This document shows, in pieces, positions 44,162 through 54,372 of a stretch of DNA of 57,071 nt (position 1 is its first letter; every line of letters begins with the position of its first letter). Below the pieces are notes generated by a model. That model made no database searches and was not told where the DNA came from. It saw nothing but the letters and a program-made list of their open reading frames with translations. The stretch is from a virus (lineage: Duplodnaviria; Caudoviricetes). The translations under genes and the position numbers were made by a program. The stretch lies in IMG/VR virus record IMGVR_UViG_3300021959_007110, positions 1 through 57,071 of that record, one strand, 5' to 3'.

Positions 44162-44436
44162 ATAAAGATTTTGGTACAGCCTTTCACAAACCTAATGGTA
44201 ACGCAGTAAAAGTTACAGTAAACGAATTTAGAGAAAAATTATATCTTCACATAAGAGAGTATACTATGGATGGAGATACTGGTCAGTGGTTCCCTACTAA
44301 ATCAGGTTTTTCAATACCTGCTGATGAAGTTAGTTCGCTAATACCCTTGCTAGAAGATGCGAGTGATTTAGTAGCTAAAAGGTTCATCTGGAATACACAA
44401 CTAGAATTAGAATTGGAGAATGATTATGAGTATTAA
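44158..44436 (+). CDS. PC4-like ssDNA-binding protein
   Basis: VTVNEFR..YLHIREY...G.W.PTKSG.SIP. Confidence 0.85.
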   Translation: MNKDFGTAFHKPNGNAVKVTVNEFREKLYLHIREYTMDGDTGQWFPTKSGFSIPADEVSSLIPLLEDASDLVAKRFIWNTQLELELENDYEY

Positions 44437-44734
44437 AGCTTGGAGCGATGAGCAAGAAGTTGAACTAATACATATGTATACTGAAGAAAACGAAAAAGAC
44501 GTTCATAAATTAGCGGAACACTTCTCAAAAGGTTATAGAAGTGTTATAAGTAAATTGGTTCAATTAAAAATTTATGAAAAACCAGAAATTTCAGAAGATG
44601 ATAAGTCGCAAACAGTTAAAGTTATGCTACGAGAGTTAGAAGATATTCTAGGTATTCAAGTTGAAGGAACTAATTTAAATAAAAAAGAAAACTTAAGTCA
44701 ACTTTTAGAGGCAATCAAAAAGAGGATAGAATGA
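44426..44734 (+). CDS. T5 D3-like HTH protein
   Basis: W.DE....L..MY...LA..F....RSVISKL....IY.K pattern, and its position upstream of the ligase. Confidence 0.6.
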   Translation: MSIKAWSDEQEVELIHMYTEENEKDVHKLAEHFSKGYRSVISKLVQLKIYEKPEISEDDKSQTVKVMLRELEDILGIQVEGTNLNKKENLSQLLEAIKKRIE

Positions 44735-45291
44735 ACGAAAGACATGAAGAATATATGAAACGTCGTATGAGAGAAGAAAATCAGTTAGAAGATTTAGCTC
44801 ATGATAGTAAGTATATTTATGAGTCACCAGATAACGGAAAAACTATATATCAGAGAAATATTGGAGCTACTAAGAGAAATCGCATAGTAAGATCTTGTCC
44901 AGAAGAGCAAAAAATTTATGATCATCTTGATGTAAAAATTGCACCTCAACAGAGTTCCGACGGCTACAAAACATTTACTGTTGGAGTTAGTTACGATGAG
45001 TCATTATTTCAACCAGTAAAAATAGAGTATAAATATAATGAAGATGTCTTACTTAAAGAATTTAAACAATATATTGATTCTACTTACGGTGAGCACTACT
45101 CAAAAGACAAATTTCAAGCTACTGAATTTATCGTAGATGGAGGACACGGTACAGGATTCTGTATTGGGAATGTTCTTAAGTACGCACAAAGATATGGGAA
45201 AAAGGGAACACGTGAAGACGCTCGTAAAGATTTGATGAAGGTTCTCCACTACTCCTTAATGCAACTTTATGTTCACGATTTAGAAAAATAA
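44731..45291 (+). CDS. DUF3310-like (T7 gp1.7 nucleotide kinase-related) protein
   Basis: TYGEHYS...GFCIGNVLKYAQRYGKK...KDLMK..HY. Confidence 0.75.
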   Translation: MNERHEEYMKRRMREENQLEDLAHDSKYIYESPDNGKTIYQRNIGATKRNRIVRSCPEEQKIYDHLDVKIAPQQSSDGYKTFTVGVSYDESLFQPVKIEYKYNEDVLLKEFKQYIDSTYGEHYSKDKFQATEFIVDGGHGTGFCIGNVLKYAQRYGKKGTREDARKDLMKVLHYSLMQLYVHDLEK

Positions 45292-45340
45292 AATATACTT
45301 TAAACTTTCTTAATGCTTATTTTTTCGATATTATCTTTAT

Positions 45341-47083
45341 ATGAATTATAAAGAACTCAAACAACTTATCCAAAAACATAACCTTGCTTATTATGACAAC
45401 TCAGCATCGATGATTACAGACGCTGAGTATGATCAGTTATATGATAAACTTGAAGCAATCGAAAAGGCACAAGGTTGGCGAGACCACGATTCTCCTACTA
45501 AGCATGTAGGCGGTTCTGGGGGTAAAATCACTCACCCACATAAACTCTACTCACTCCGTAAAGTATATGCTATTGAAGAAGTAGATGATTTTATGTCAGT
45601 TAAACTTCCTAAAATTGATGGAGCTAATCTAACTCTTATTTATCGTAGAGGAAAACTGCGTATGGGATTGACTCGTGGTAATGGTGAGCAAGGTACAGAC
45701 GTAACACATCTTATTGGGATGTTGATTGGCGCTCCTGTCAAGATCGACACAGAAGAACATGAAGTAGTGCTTAATGGTGAGTGTGTTACTGAGAATAATG
45801 TAGAAAACTATCGTAACTATGTAAGCGGCGCACTTGGGCTTGATAGTCCTAGCGAGTTTGCGGAACGTAATATAAAATTTATTGTTCATGATTGGTTAGG
45901 CGTCAATATGAACTTTACAACACGTATGAAAATTGTTAAGAACATGGGATTCTATACAGTTCTTGATGATGAATCTTGGAATTACCCACAAGACGGTGTG
46001 GTGTACCGTACAGATTCTTGGGAACAAGAACGTAGTTTAGGTCACACTTCAAAGTACCCTAAGTTTGCAGTAGCTCTTAAAGAGCGTGAAACTCAAACAG
46101 CAATAACTATGTTAAAAGCAGTACAATGGACTATTGGACGCACAGGGCAAGTTAGTCCAACAGGCATCATTGACCCTGTAACTCTTGACGATGCAGAGAT
46201 TAGGCGTGTAACTCTTCATAATATTGGAATTATTCAAGAGCACAATCTTGGTCTAGGTGATATGATTGAGATTGAACGTGCAGGCGGGGTGATTCCAAAG
46301 TTTCTAAGAGTTATAGAACACTCACTACACAATGAAAAGATTACAAAACTATCTGCTGAAAAGGCCATAGGAGCAACTACAAAGCGAGATGGTCCTAGAC
46401 TAGTGGTCGCAGATAAGAATAATATAAACACATCAAAAGTTTTAGAACATTTTATCAAAACTATTGATATTAAAGGATTAGGCCCAGCTTCTGTAAAGAA
46501 GTTAGGTTTAACACACCCAGTCGATCTGTTTGACGGATTTTGTGATTGGGACAAGCTTGGTGCTAATGGCATCAAAGTGGAAGCTGAGATAGAAAGAACA
46601 AAGACTAAACCTTATGAAATTGTTCTTGCATCCCTTGGCATACCTGGATTAGGGAGATCTGCTAGTAAACTTGTTGTTAGTAAGATTCCTGCGTTCAGAA
46701 ATCTAAGAGATATTGAAACCACTTATATAAAAGGTATTGGTCCATCGACGATAGAATCAGTACTGTCTTGGCTTGAAGAAAATGAAGACTGGGTGTTAAC
46801 CTTACCTCTCCAACTTGAACAGAATGTGACGGTTGAAGAAGTAGTCGGAACCCCCGCTCGTAAAGTATGTATTACAGGTAAGATGGATATGACACGAAGT
46901 CAACTGTCAGATATACTGCAAGAAAAAGGATTTAAAGTATCTTCAACAGTCACTAAAGATTGTTACGCTTTAATAACCGGTGGAGATACTACATCTTCTA
47001 AATATAAAAAAGCAGTAACTCTAGGAGTAACCATTGTGGACTATTGGTCAAGCAAAAAGGATGTGATATCTGGTGATTTTTAA
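45341..47083 (+). CDS. ligA: NAD-dependent DNA ligase (single chain)
   Basis: YY...ITDAEYDQL, KIDG, TRGNG..G.DVT, DGVV, GRTG, TLHN, ERAGGVIP and a C-terminal BRCT domain. Confidence 0.95.
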   Translation: MNYKELKQLIQKHNLAYYDNSASMITDAEYDQLYDKLEAIEKAQGWRDHDSPTKHVGGSGGKITHPHKLYSLRKVYAIEEVDDFMSVKLPKIDGANLTLIYRRGKLRMGLTRGNGEQGTDVTHLIGMLIGAPVKIDTEEHEVVLNGECVTENNVENYRNYVSGALGLDSPSEFAERNIKFIVHDWLGVNMNFTTRMKIVKNMGFYTVLDDESWNYPQDGVVYRTDSWEQERSLGHTSKYPKFAVALKERETQTAITMLKAVQWTIGRTGQVSPTGIIDPVTLDDAEIRRVTLHNIGIIQEHNLGLGDMIEIERAGGVIPKFLRVIEHSLHNEKITKLSAEKAIGATTKRDGPRLVVADKNNINTSKVLEHFIKTIDIKGLGPASVKKLGLTHPVDLFDGFCDWDKLGANGIKVEAEIERTKTKPYEIVLASLGIPGLGRSASKLVVSKIPAFRNLRDIETTYIKGIGPSTIESVLSWLEENEDWVLTLPLQLEQNVTVEEVVGTPARKVCITGKMDMTRSQLSDILQEKGFKVSSTVTKDCYALITGGDTTSSKYKKAVTLGVTIVDYWSSKKDVISGDF

Positions 47084-47127
47084 TATATTTAATAATGACC
47101 ACGAAAGCAGATACCGTCACATTTCAG

Positions 47128-47156
47128 TTGCTTCTCATAAAGTTTTTCTGTAATAT
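47128..47156 (+). promoter_or_regulatory. T5-like sigma70 promoter
   Basis: TTGCTT-N17-TAATAT. Confidence 0.7.
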
Positions 47157-47234
47157 CTATATATAAAGTCAAGAGAGACAATAATCTCTTGGAAACATTC
47201 AACAACTAACTAAATGATCGAGGGGATCAACAAT

Positions 47235-47918
47235 ATGTCAAAATTTGAATATACTGAAGATATGGTAGCCCGTATGCACGATGTAGCTGCATCAGGTGTT
47301 ACTGAAGAGTCAATCGAAGGTCTTATGACTGAATTCGATTTTCCACGTCGTTCTGTAACTGCAAAGCTTCGTAAGCTTGGTTACGACGTACCTAAGAAGC
47401 CGGGCGCAGCTCCTGTTTTCTCAGCTGATGAGACAGACGCACTTGCTTCATTCTTGAATACTAATTCAGGAAATATGACTGCTGAAGAAATTGCTGAAGG
47501 ATTTATGAGCGGCAAATTCACTGCACGTCAAATCAACGGTAAAGCACTTTCATTGGAAATGACTTCACACGTGAAGCCAGCTGAAAAGAAAGTAACTCCA
47601 CGTACTTACTCAGATGATGAAGAAGCTAAGATCAGTGATATGGTCGATGGCGGTTCTTATCTTGAAGAGATTGCAGACGCAATGGGTCGTTCAGTCAACT
47701 CAATTCGTGGTAAACTGTTGTCAATGGGTCTTAAAGCTCCACAGCGTGATAAGAAGGCTGTTAAGTCAGATCCATATGAGGGTATCGAAGATATGCTCGA
47801 CCAAACTGTTGAAGAGATTGCAGAATCATTCGACAAAACAGTACGTGGCGTAAAGACTGTTCTTACACGCCGTGGACTAAGCTGCGCAGACTACACTCCG
47901 AAAGCTGCTGGCGAGTAA
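47235..47918 (+). CDS. T5 D5-like DNA-binding transcription regulator
   Basis: RSVTAKLRKLGY, GKALSLEMT..VKP.EK, IRGKLLS and RGVKTVLTRRGL...DY resemble T5 D5 as recalled. Sits between ligase and helicase. Confidence 0.85.
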   Translation: MSKFEYTEDMVARMHDVAASGVTEESIEGLMTEFDFPRRSVTAKLRKLGYDVPKKPGAAPVFSADETDALASFLNTNSGNMTAEEIAEGFMSGKFTARQINGKALSLEMTSHVKPAEKKVTPRTYSDDEEAKISDMVDGGSYLEEIADAMGRSVNSIRGKLLSMGLKAPQRDKKAVKSDPYEGIEDMLDQTVEEIAESFDKTVRGVKTVLTRRGLSCADYTPKAAGE

Positions 47919-47943
47919 TTAATACTCACAATTGTGAATATTA

Positions 47944-47980
47944 ATAAGGGGATGGCGGCAACGTCATCCCTTATCTTTTA
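47944..47980 (+). terminator. intrinsic terminator
   Basis: ATAAGGGGATGGCG-GCAA-CGTCATCCCTTAT-CTTTT (GNRA loop). Confidence 0.8.
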
Positions 47981-48291
47981 TGACAGAGAAAACTTTTATA
48001 CTCGAAACCTTACCTGATGAAGCCTTAGATGCTATACTGTCTCTACATCCAGAGGCCAAGGACAAGTACTTTTCAAAATTAGCATCTAACCAATACCCAA
48101 AAATAAATAAAGATTCAGAGCAATTCAAAGACCTTGTAGAAACCTTTATTAGTTCATTTTATATTGAAAAACTGTATAGAACTAATCGATTCTTTAATGA
48201 GAAGTTTACCCCGGTTTACACACAGAGTGGACTTATCAGAAACATTATCGCTGATATTTATTTTACCGATGACGACTTAATCACCCACTAA
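47980..48291 (+). CDS. hypothetical protein
   Basis: ORF track. Confidence 0.65.
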   Translation: MTEKTFILETLPDEALDAILSLHPEAKDKYFSKLASNQYPKINKDSEQFKDLVETFISSFYIEKLYRTNRFFNEKFTPVYTQSGLIRNIIADIYFTDDDLITH

Positions 48292-48358
48292 TAAACAACA
48301 ATCAATTTGCACTCTTCTCTGTTTTTTGTTATTATATACAAAATAACAGGAGATATGT

Positions 48359-49123
48359 ATGGCCGAAATCACAGAAGCAAAAATTCGCCAAGCAGTCTGG
48401 ATGATCAAAGCAAAAAAGACTAAAAAGTCTATTTGTGAGCATCTAGGTATTGCTTATAATACAAAACGTTTAGATCAAATCATTACTGACTTTTTTGCTA
48501 AAGAGGAGCGCGAAAAAGATTTACGTAAAAAAGCATCTAAAAAGATTTTTACAAAAGTTGAGAAACAAGCTATCGCTGATCATTATCTAGAAGGCGAAAC
48601 TCAATCTGCAATTGCAAAACAATACTATATTACGCCCGCACGTGTTAAAAAGTTCTTAATGGAAATGAACGTGCCTATTCGTGCGCGTGGAAAAAATAAA
48701 GAAGCAAAAGTAGATCATATTGTTCAAGATCTTGAAGTACGTTTTAACAAAGGTGAACGTGTATTTCTTGCCGAAAAGAATTGCTTTGCAGAGATTCGTG
48801 AAGTATACGACGAAGACTGGTTAGACGCACATGAAAATGGGTTTCAAAAATATATAGAAACATACCCTTTTAAACCAGGACGTACAGGTAAGGCGGGTAG
48901 ATATGCAGAACCAGCACAAGGTATTCACTATGAAATATACTGGATGCTGGAAGGTGAAATTTTACCTACTCGTAAACTAGATGCCTTCTTGCGTCAGCGT
49001 GAAAAAGTAAGTAAAATAATTGAAGAAACGGGTAGAGAATCCTATTTAGTATATCGTAAAGATGACTATGGAGGATATATGAGCGTTACTCGTGATAAAC
49101 TATTTCCAGTCAAGGCTACTTAA
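48359..49123 (+). CDS. hypothetical HTH-containing protein
   Basis: KKSICEHLGIAYNTKRL and ETQSAIAKQYY HTH-like segments. Upstream TTGCAC-N17-TATTAT and AGGAG RBS. Confidence 0.75.
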   Translation: MAEITEAKIRQAVWMIKAKKTKKSICEHLGIAYNTKRLDQIITDFFAKEEREKDLRKKASKKIFTKVEKQAIADHYLEGETQSAIAKQYYITPARVKKFLMEMNVPIRARGKNKEAKVDHIVQDLEVRFNKGERVFLAEKNCFAEIREVYDEDWLDAHENGFQKYIETYPFKPGRTGKAGRYAEPAQGIHYEIYWMLEGEILPTRKLDAFLRQREKVSKIIEETGRESYLVYRKDDYGGYMSVTRDKLFPVKAT

Positions 49124-50511
49124 TGGCAATTGATTTACAAAAATTGACTCTGCGTAGATTATTAGATACGCAGAGTAACGATCTATACTCTAAATTACTG
49201 AATCAGTATTTCACAGGTATTAATTCGGTTCTATATGATAAAATCAAATCATTTTATAAAGCTAATACTCGTCTGCCTTCTACAGACGAGATTTTGACGT
49301 TGCGTAAAGATGCAGGTCTTCAAGAATATATTGAAAATCAAATATGCGCAGAAGATAATCACAACGAGCAAATTGCGGATGAATTTCTAGTAGCGCAACT
49401 TCAAGATTATTATATACGTGATGAAACTATTCATTTTATGGATAAGTTTATAGATCAGATGGATAATATGGAAAAAGTTGAAGTAGTAGATAAATTTCAA
49501 AATCATTTGTTACACCTAAATCAAGCTATTCCTCATGATGATGAGCTTTATGATGTCGCGGAACTTGAATTTTTTCCTAGCGAAGACGACTTTAAAATTT
49601 ATCCTTCAGGATTATCTAATGAATTCGACTCAGTTAATGGAGGATTCGCGACACAAGAATTAGTAATGCTAGGCGGGCGACGTGGCTCAGGTAAGTCTAT
49701 TATCTCTTTAAATCTTGCTTTAAATAGGTTCTTACAAGGAAATACAGTAGCCTTTTTTACCATTGAGATGCGCTATAAAGAAGTTTATGATAGGGTACTG
49801 TCTATTATATCTGGTGTACCCTTTCTTGATATTTTTAGAAATCAACTGACAGACGGTCAGAAGATTCAAATGGCTAAATCTAAATTTGAAAATTTCTACA
49901 AACCATCAGATAAAATAACTGAAATGATTAATGAGCTAGGATATACGAAAGATTTTAAAAACTTTGAGAAAAGAGTTAAAATTGAAAGACCAGAGCTTAA
50001 AGATAATAGATTATTTATGATTGACGATGAGTCTCTTACTCTTAACCGTATTGATCACTATTGTAATATGTTTTCATCTAAGTACCCGAACTATAATATG
50101 GCAGTGGTCGATTATGTAAATATTATTAAACATGATGATCAAAAAGATTGGAAAACACAAATTACTATTGCAGATAATCTGAAATCTTTATCAAGAAAAT
50201 ATGATCTCACTATGATATCTCCTTACCAGATAGACGCTTCTGGAGAAGCTCGGTTTGCAAAAGGTATTCTTGATGCAGCAGATCGCAGTTTTAACTTCTT
50301 TCCTCCTCCAGAAGATGCAGACAGGGAATTAGAAAGTAAAATATCAATTCATACTACTAAGATGAGAAATGGTAAGCATATGAGTTTTGATGTTCTCATG
50401 GATTGGAGTTGTGTTAAGATTAATCCAAATTCTTCTGAATTAATTAGTGAAAAACCACACAATGCTGTAAAGTTCGGAACTGATAAACAAGAAGGTGCTA
50501 AAGATTTATGA
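49123..50511 (+). CDS. replicative DnaB-like helicase
   Basis: GGRRGSGKS Walker A, FTIEM, VVDY, SPYQ and KMRN. Confidence 0.92.
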   Translation: MAIDLQKLTLRRLLDTQSNDLYSKLLNQYFTGINSVLYDKIKSFYKANTRLPSTDEILTLRKDAGLQEYIENQICAEDNHNEQIADEFLVAQLQDYYIRDETIHFMDKFIDQMDNMEKVEVVDKFQNHLLHLNQAIPHDDELYDVAELEFFPSEDDFKIYPSGLSNEFDSVNGGFATQELVMLGGRRGSGKSIISLNLALNRFLQGNTVAFFTIEMRYKEVYDRVLSIISGVPFLDIFRNQLTDGQKIQMAKSKFENFYKPSDKITEMINELGYTKDFKNFEKRVKIERPELKDNRLFMIDDESLTLNRIDHYCNMFSSKYPNYNMAVVDYVNIIKHDDQKDWKTQITIADNLKSLSRKYDLTMISPYQIDASGEARFAKGILDAADRSFNFFPPPEDADRELESKISIHTTKMRNGKHMSFDVLMDWSCVKINPNSSELISEKPHNAVKFGTDKQEGAKDL

Positions 50512-50951
50512 ACGTAGTTTTGGTAACCGGAGGATTTGATCCCTTACATTCTGGGCATATTGCTTATTTTAAGGCAGCGCAAGAACTAGGTGATGAATTA
50601 TGGGTGGGTATAAATAGTAATGAGTGGCTTATTCGTAAAAAAGGTAAGTATTTTATGCATTTACGTGAGCGAGCTATTATTATAAAAAATCTACGTATGG
50701 TTGATCGCGTTATTACAAACTTCGATGATAGTAATGATAGTGCGAGTGGTGCAATACACAAAGCCTATTCTTTAGGAGCAGAGCACATTATATTTGCTAA
50801 TGGCGGTGATAGAGGTAGTACTAACACACCAGAACAGTATGATTTTAGGCACACGCCTAACATAGAATTTGTATTCGGAGTAGGTGGAGAAGATAAGAAA
50901 AATTCATCAAGTAAAATATTAAGGGAGTGGGAAAATGACAGCAGCAGCTGA
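50508..50951 (+). CDS. cytidylyltransferase-like nucleotidyltransferase
   Basis: TGGFDPLHSGH, FANGGDR and KKNSSS. Confidence 0.9.
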   Translation: MNVVLVTGGFDPLHSGHIAYFKAAQELGDELWVGINSNEWLIRKKGKYFMHLRERAIIIKNLRMVDRVITNFDDSNDSASGAIHKAYSLGAEHIIFANGGDRGSTNTPEQYDFRHTPNIEFVFGVGGEDKKNSSSKILREWENDSSS

Positions 50952-51162
50952 AATACGAAAGAACATACTAACCGATAGAATGGATCAACTACAAGCTTTT
51001 ATGGAAGCAAATCATCACATGAAAAATGAAGCAGGTAATCAAGAAGTTTGGGATCTAATACTTAAGTTACAAAGATTTTGGGGAGCAATGGGTGACGAGG
51101 ATAAGGATTACGTAGAAGTCGCTAAAGTTGCAGTTTTGGAGAGACGTTCTTGGAACTTATAG
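50935..51162 (+). CDS. hypothetical protein
   Basis: ORF track. Confidence 0.65.
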   Translation: MTAAAEIRKNILTDRMDQLQAFMEANHHMKNEAGNQEVWDLILKLQRFWGAMGDEDKDYVEVAKVAVLERRSWNL

Positions 51163-52007
51163 AATTATTAAATCATAGAGGGATAGAGTATAGAAAAACA
51201 AATAATCCTTCAGAGATTCTAATATCGTGTACTAGTGGCGAACATATAGATAAATCTCCTAGTTTATCGTATAATTTAGATAAGAATATGTTTCACTGTT
51301 GGAGTTGTGATTTTAGCGGAGGTATAACTAAATTTATGGCTTCTATTGGAGAAACCATAGTACTGGACGTAGATAGTAAGCAACCGTATAAAATTAAAAA
51401 ACTTAAAGATAAGTTAAGAAAGATTATTGAAATTGATGACATACACTTACCAACTGAGCGCAAGATCTTTGTTGGCGAATTTAAACAAATTGATGGCAAA
51501 ACCTTAAAAGAATTTCAAGCGTTTACAACAGATCAGATGGGAATGACAGATTACATTTGCTTTCCGGTCTATCAATTTGGTAAACTTAAGTTCATAGAAG
51601 GAAGATTAGCAAAGAATATCAGCGGTAAACCTAAATATTATCGTCGCCCACAAGCTGCTGCTGTTGCAGATTGTTTATTTCCTTTAGACAAAGTTAAAAA
51701 TACTAACTACGTAATTCTAGTAGAAGGTATATTTGATATGCTTAATATGTGGCAACTCGGTTATCATAACACTCTTTGTATATTTGGTGCTACTAATTTT
51801 GGTCGTAAGAAATTAGAGATATTAGATAGAATCGGTGTTACAAGAGTAGATATATTGATGGACCCCGATGCTCCAGGGCAAATGGCGGCAGGTAAGATAG
51901 CTGACGCACTTGACTCTAAGAACATTTTCTCTAGGAATATTAAGCTACCAGTAGGTACAGACCCCGGCGATTTAAACAAAAGACAAGCGGAGAAATATTT
52001 AATATGA
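51150..52007 (+). CDS. DNA primase (zinc finger plus TOPRIM)
   Basis: C...H.D..PS...HCWSC, LVEGIFD, DPDAPG and DPGD. Confidence 0.92.
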   Translation: MELIELLNHRGIEYRKTNNPSEILISCTSGEHIDKSPSLSYNLDKNMFHCWSCDFSGGITKFMASIGETIVLDVDSKQPYKIKKLKDKLRKIIEIDDIHLPTERKIFVGEFKQIDGKTLKEFQAFTTDQMGMTDYICFPVYQFGKLKFIEGRLAKNISGKPKYYRRPQAAAVADCLFPLDKVKNTNYVILVEGIFDMLNMWQLGYHNTLCIFGATNFGRKKLEILDRIGVTRVDILMDPDAPGQMAAGKIADALDSKNIFSRNIKLPVGTDPGDLNKRQAEKYLI

Positions 52008-54259
52008 ATGATGTATGTTTTGTGTTCGCAAGCGCGACAGAAAAAGACCCAGAAAAACTAATTAATAAATATCTTAAAGGTGTAGATTATGATGTAAAGT
52101 TTCTACATTCAGGCAAGAAAGAAAAAATTCTAAAAAAAGATATTGATCTTGATTTAGAAGAATTAAAAAATTATAAAATACTTTCCCTAGTAGGTGCAGA
52201 CCCTCTTAAGTATGTTGCGGGTATGACGGGCATCCAAAAATATAATGGAGTATTTATTGAAAAGAAATACTTACCAATTATGAATCCAAATATGGTTATT
52301 TTTAAACCACAACTTGAGGATGATATTGTAAGAGCATTTAATCAAATCCCTAAACTCTTAAGCGGTGAAGGTGTCGGGGAGCAGGCCGAGAAAGATTATT
52401 GTTTTATAGAAACAGAAGAACAGTTTTTACAATATAAAGATCAGTTATCTGATGCTAATACACTTGTTGTTGATATTGAAACTACTTCTGTATCTCCACA
52501 CACAGGAACAATTCTTGGTATCGCTATTTCAACACGACCTCACCAAGGTTTATATGTATCAATTGATATTGTAGAAAAACATAAACAGTGGTTTCACGAT
52601 TTATTTAAGACTCGTAAATGTATTTTTCACAATTCAAAGTTCGATACTAACTACATGGAAACTGAACTTAATTTTGAATTTCCTGATTATGAAGATACTA
52701 TGTTACTTCATTATTGTTTAGAAGAAGCTGTCGGAACTCACGGTCTCAAGCCTTTAGCTCTACGTTTTACTGATTTAGGTGATTATGAGCGCGAACTCGA
52801 TGATTATAAAAAGTCATGGGCAAGAAAGAACAAAGTCAAGTTAGAAAACTTTAACTATGGTATGTTACCGAGCGATATTCTTGCACCCTATGCGTGTAAA
52901 GATGCTGATGCTACTTTTCAACTTTATGGTAAGTTCAAACCTTTAGTAGAAAACAGTGGAGAATTTACGAGATTATACGAAAACATTCTAAAACCTGCGA
53001 CACACGCTATGAAGCGCCTCGAAAAGAATGGAGGCCCTATTAACATTGAACAAGTTACTTGGTTAGCCGAACAATACCAAATTGATGTTGAAGAGTGTCT
53101 AGCAGAAATATCCCAACATGAAGCAGTGCAACGATTTGAGCGTGTGTATGAAAAAACATTTAACCCTAATTCGACTATGCAACTTCGTGATTTATTCTTT
53201 AATATCCTAAAACTCAAACCATCTAAGAAAACAGATACAGGGGCGTACTCTGTAGATAAAGAAGTCTTATCTAATCTAGGACATCCTCTGTCTGAAGCAA
53301 TTCTTGAACTTAGAGAAAAATCTAAAATGGCGGGGACTTATATTAATAACATTAGAAAAGGAGTAGATAAAGATGGTAGGCTTCGTTCTGGCTTTAATAT
53401 TCATGGTACTACTTCTGGGCGTCTTTCTAGCAGTGGAAACCTTAACTATCAGAATATTCCACGAGATAACAAAGACATCAAAAAATTGTTCAAAGCACGA
53501 CCAGGATACAAGATAATTCAATGTGATCTAGGAACTGCCGAGGTATATTACGCAGCTATGCTCAGTGGCGATCAATTTTTACAGAAAGCTTTTATTGATA
53601 AACTTGACTTTCACTCGTATGTAGCTAAACAAATGTTTAATCTTCCGGTAGAGGTTAATGAAGTAAAAAAACAATATGCAGCACAGAGACAGTATGCAAA
53701 AGCCATTACGTTTGGTATTATGTACCAAGCAGGTCCGGCAAAAATTGCTGAAACTGTGAACAAAGATGCAAAAGCAGGTGAAGAGATTACTTCTAACCAG
53801 TCTAAACAGTTTATTCAGAAGTATTTTAATGAAGCAAAAGCTCTTAAACGTTTTATTGATTCTTCTAATAAACAGATTGAAACTTCTGCTTATATCTATT
53901 CTTTCTTTGGCCGCAAGCGTAGACTTCCAGAAGCAAAATCTCCGAACCGTGGGGTAGCCCAGCACGCAATTCGTTCAGGAGTTAATTTTCTTGTTCAGTC
54001 TGTAGCTTCTGATATTAACATTATGGGTGTGATTGACTTGGTGAAGTGGATTGAAGATAATGACTATCTAGAGGTTATCAAACCATTTACTGTAGTTCAC
54101 GATTCAATTGTGTCAGAAGTCAGAGAAGATCTTGTTGATGACTATATCAAAAATGCTAAAGAGTGTATTCAACGAGATAGAGGACTTTCTATTCCAAATT
54201 GTCCTATTAAGGTAGATTTTGAAGTTGGTCCGAGTTGGGGTGAGTTGACAGAGCTATGA
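52004..54259 (+). CDS. DNA polymerase family A (T5-like) with 3'-5' exonuclease
   Basis: DIETT, HNSKFD, YACKDAD, TSGRLSS, NYQNIP, DLGTAE, RQYAKAITFGIMY and VHDS. Confidence 0.96.
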   Translation: MNDVCFVFASATEKDPEKLINKYLKGVDYDVKFLHSGKKEKILKKDIDLDLEELKNYKILSLVGADPLKYVAGMTGIQKYNGVFIEKKYLPIMNPNMVIFKPQLEDDIVRAFNQIPKLLSGEGVGEQAEKDYCFIETEEQFLQYKDQLSDANTLVVDIETTSVSPHTGTILGIAISTRPHQGLYVSIDIVEKHKQWFHDLFKTRKCIFHNSKFDTNYMETELNFEFPDYEDTMLLHYCLEEAVGTHGLKPLALRFTDLGDYERELDDYKKSWARKNKVKLENFNYGMLPSDILAPYACKDADATFQLYGKFKPLVENSGEFTRLYENILKPATHAMKRLEKNGGPINIEQVTWLAEQYQIDVEECLAEISQHEAVQRFERVYEKTFNPNSTMQLRDLFFNILKLKPSKKTDTGAYSVDKEVLSNLGHPLSEAILELREKSKMAGTYINNIRKGVDKDGRLRSGFNIHGTTSGRLSSSGNLNYQNIPRDNKDIKKLFKARPGYKIIQCDLGTAEVYYAAMLSGDQFLQKAFIDKLDFHSYVAKQMFNLPVEVNEVKKQYAAQRQYAKAITFGIMYQAGPAKIAETVNKDAKAGEEITSNQSKQFIQKYFNEAKALKRFIDSSNKQIETSAYIYSFFGRKRRLPEAKSPNRGVAQHAIRSGVNFLVQSVASDINIMGVIDLVKWIEDNDYLEVIKPFTVVHDSIVSEVREDLVDDYIKNAKECIQRDRGLSIPNCPIKVDFEVGPSWGELTEL

Positions 54260-54372
54260 GACACTACATCGCTTGGTTTAAAAAACTACATAAACAGTAT
54301 GGATTCTGGCAAGCTGTAATGTGTGCTCATTATAATGCTAAATATTATGATATAGAGGGAAATTATAAATGA
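54256..54372 (+). CDS. small hypothetical protein (38 aa)
   Basis: Hand-translated MRHYIAWFKKLHKQYGFWQAVMCAHYNAKYYDIEGNYK; ATGA overlaps at both ends. Confidence 0.55.
   Translation: MRHYIAWFKKLHKQYGFWQAVMCAHYNAKYYDIEGNYK

Noticed and set aside
49123-54259. Inteins or introns in helicase, primase or polymerase
   Set aside because: Frames are continuous, of normal length, and show no splice-junction or homing endonuclease motifs.
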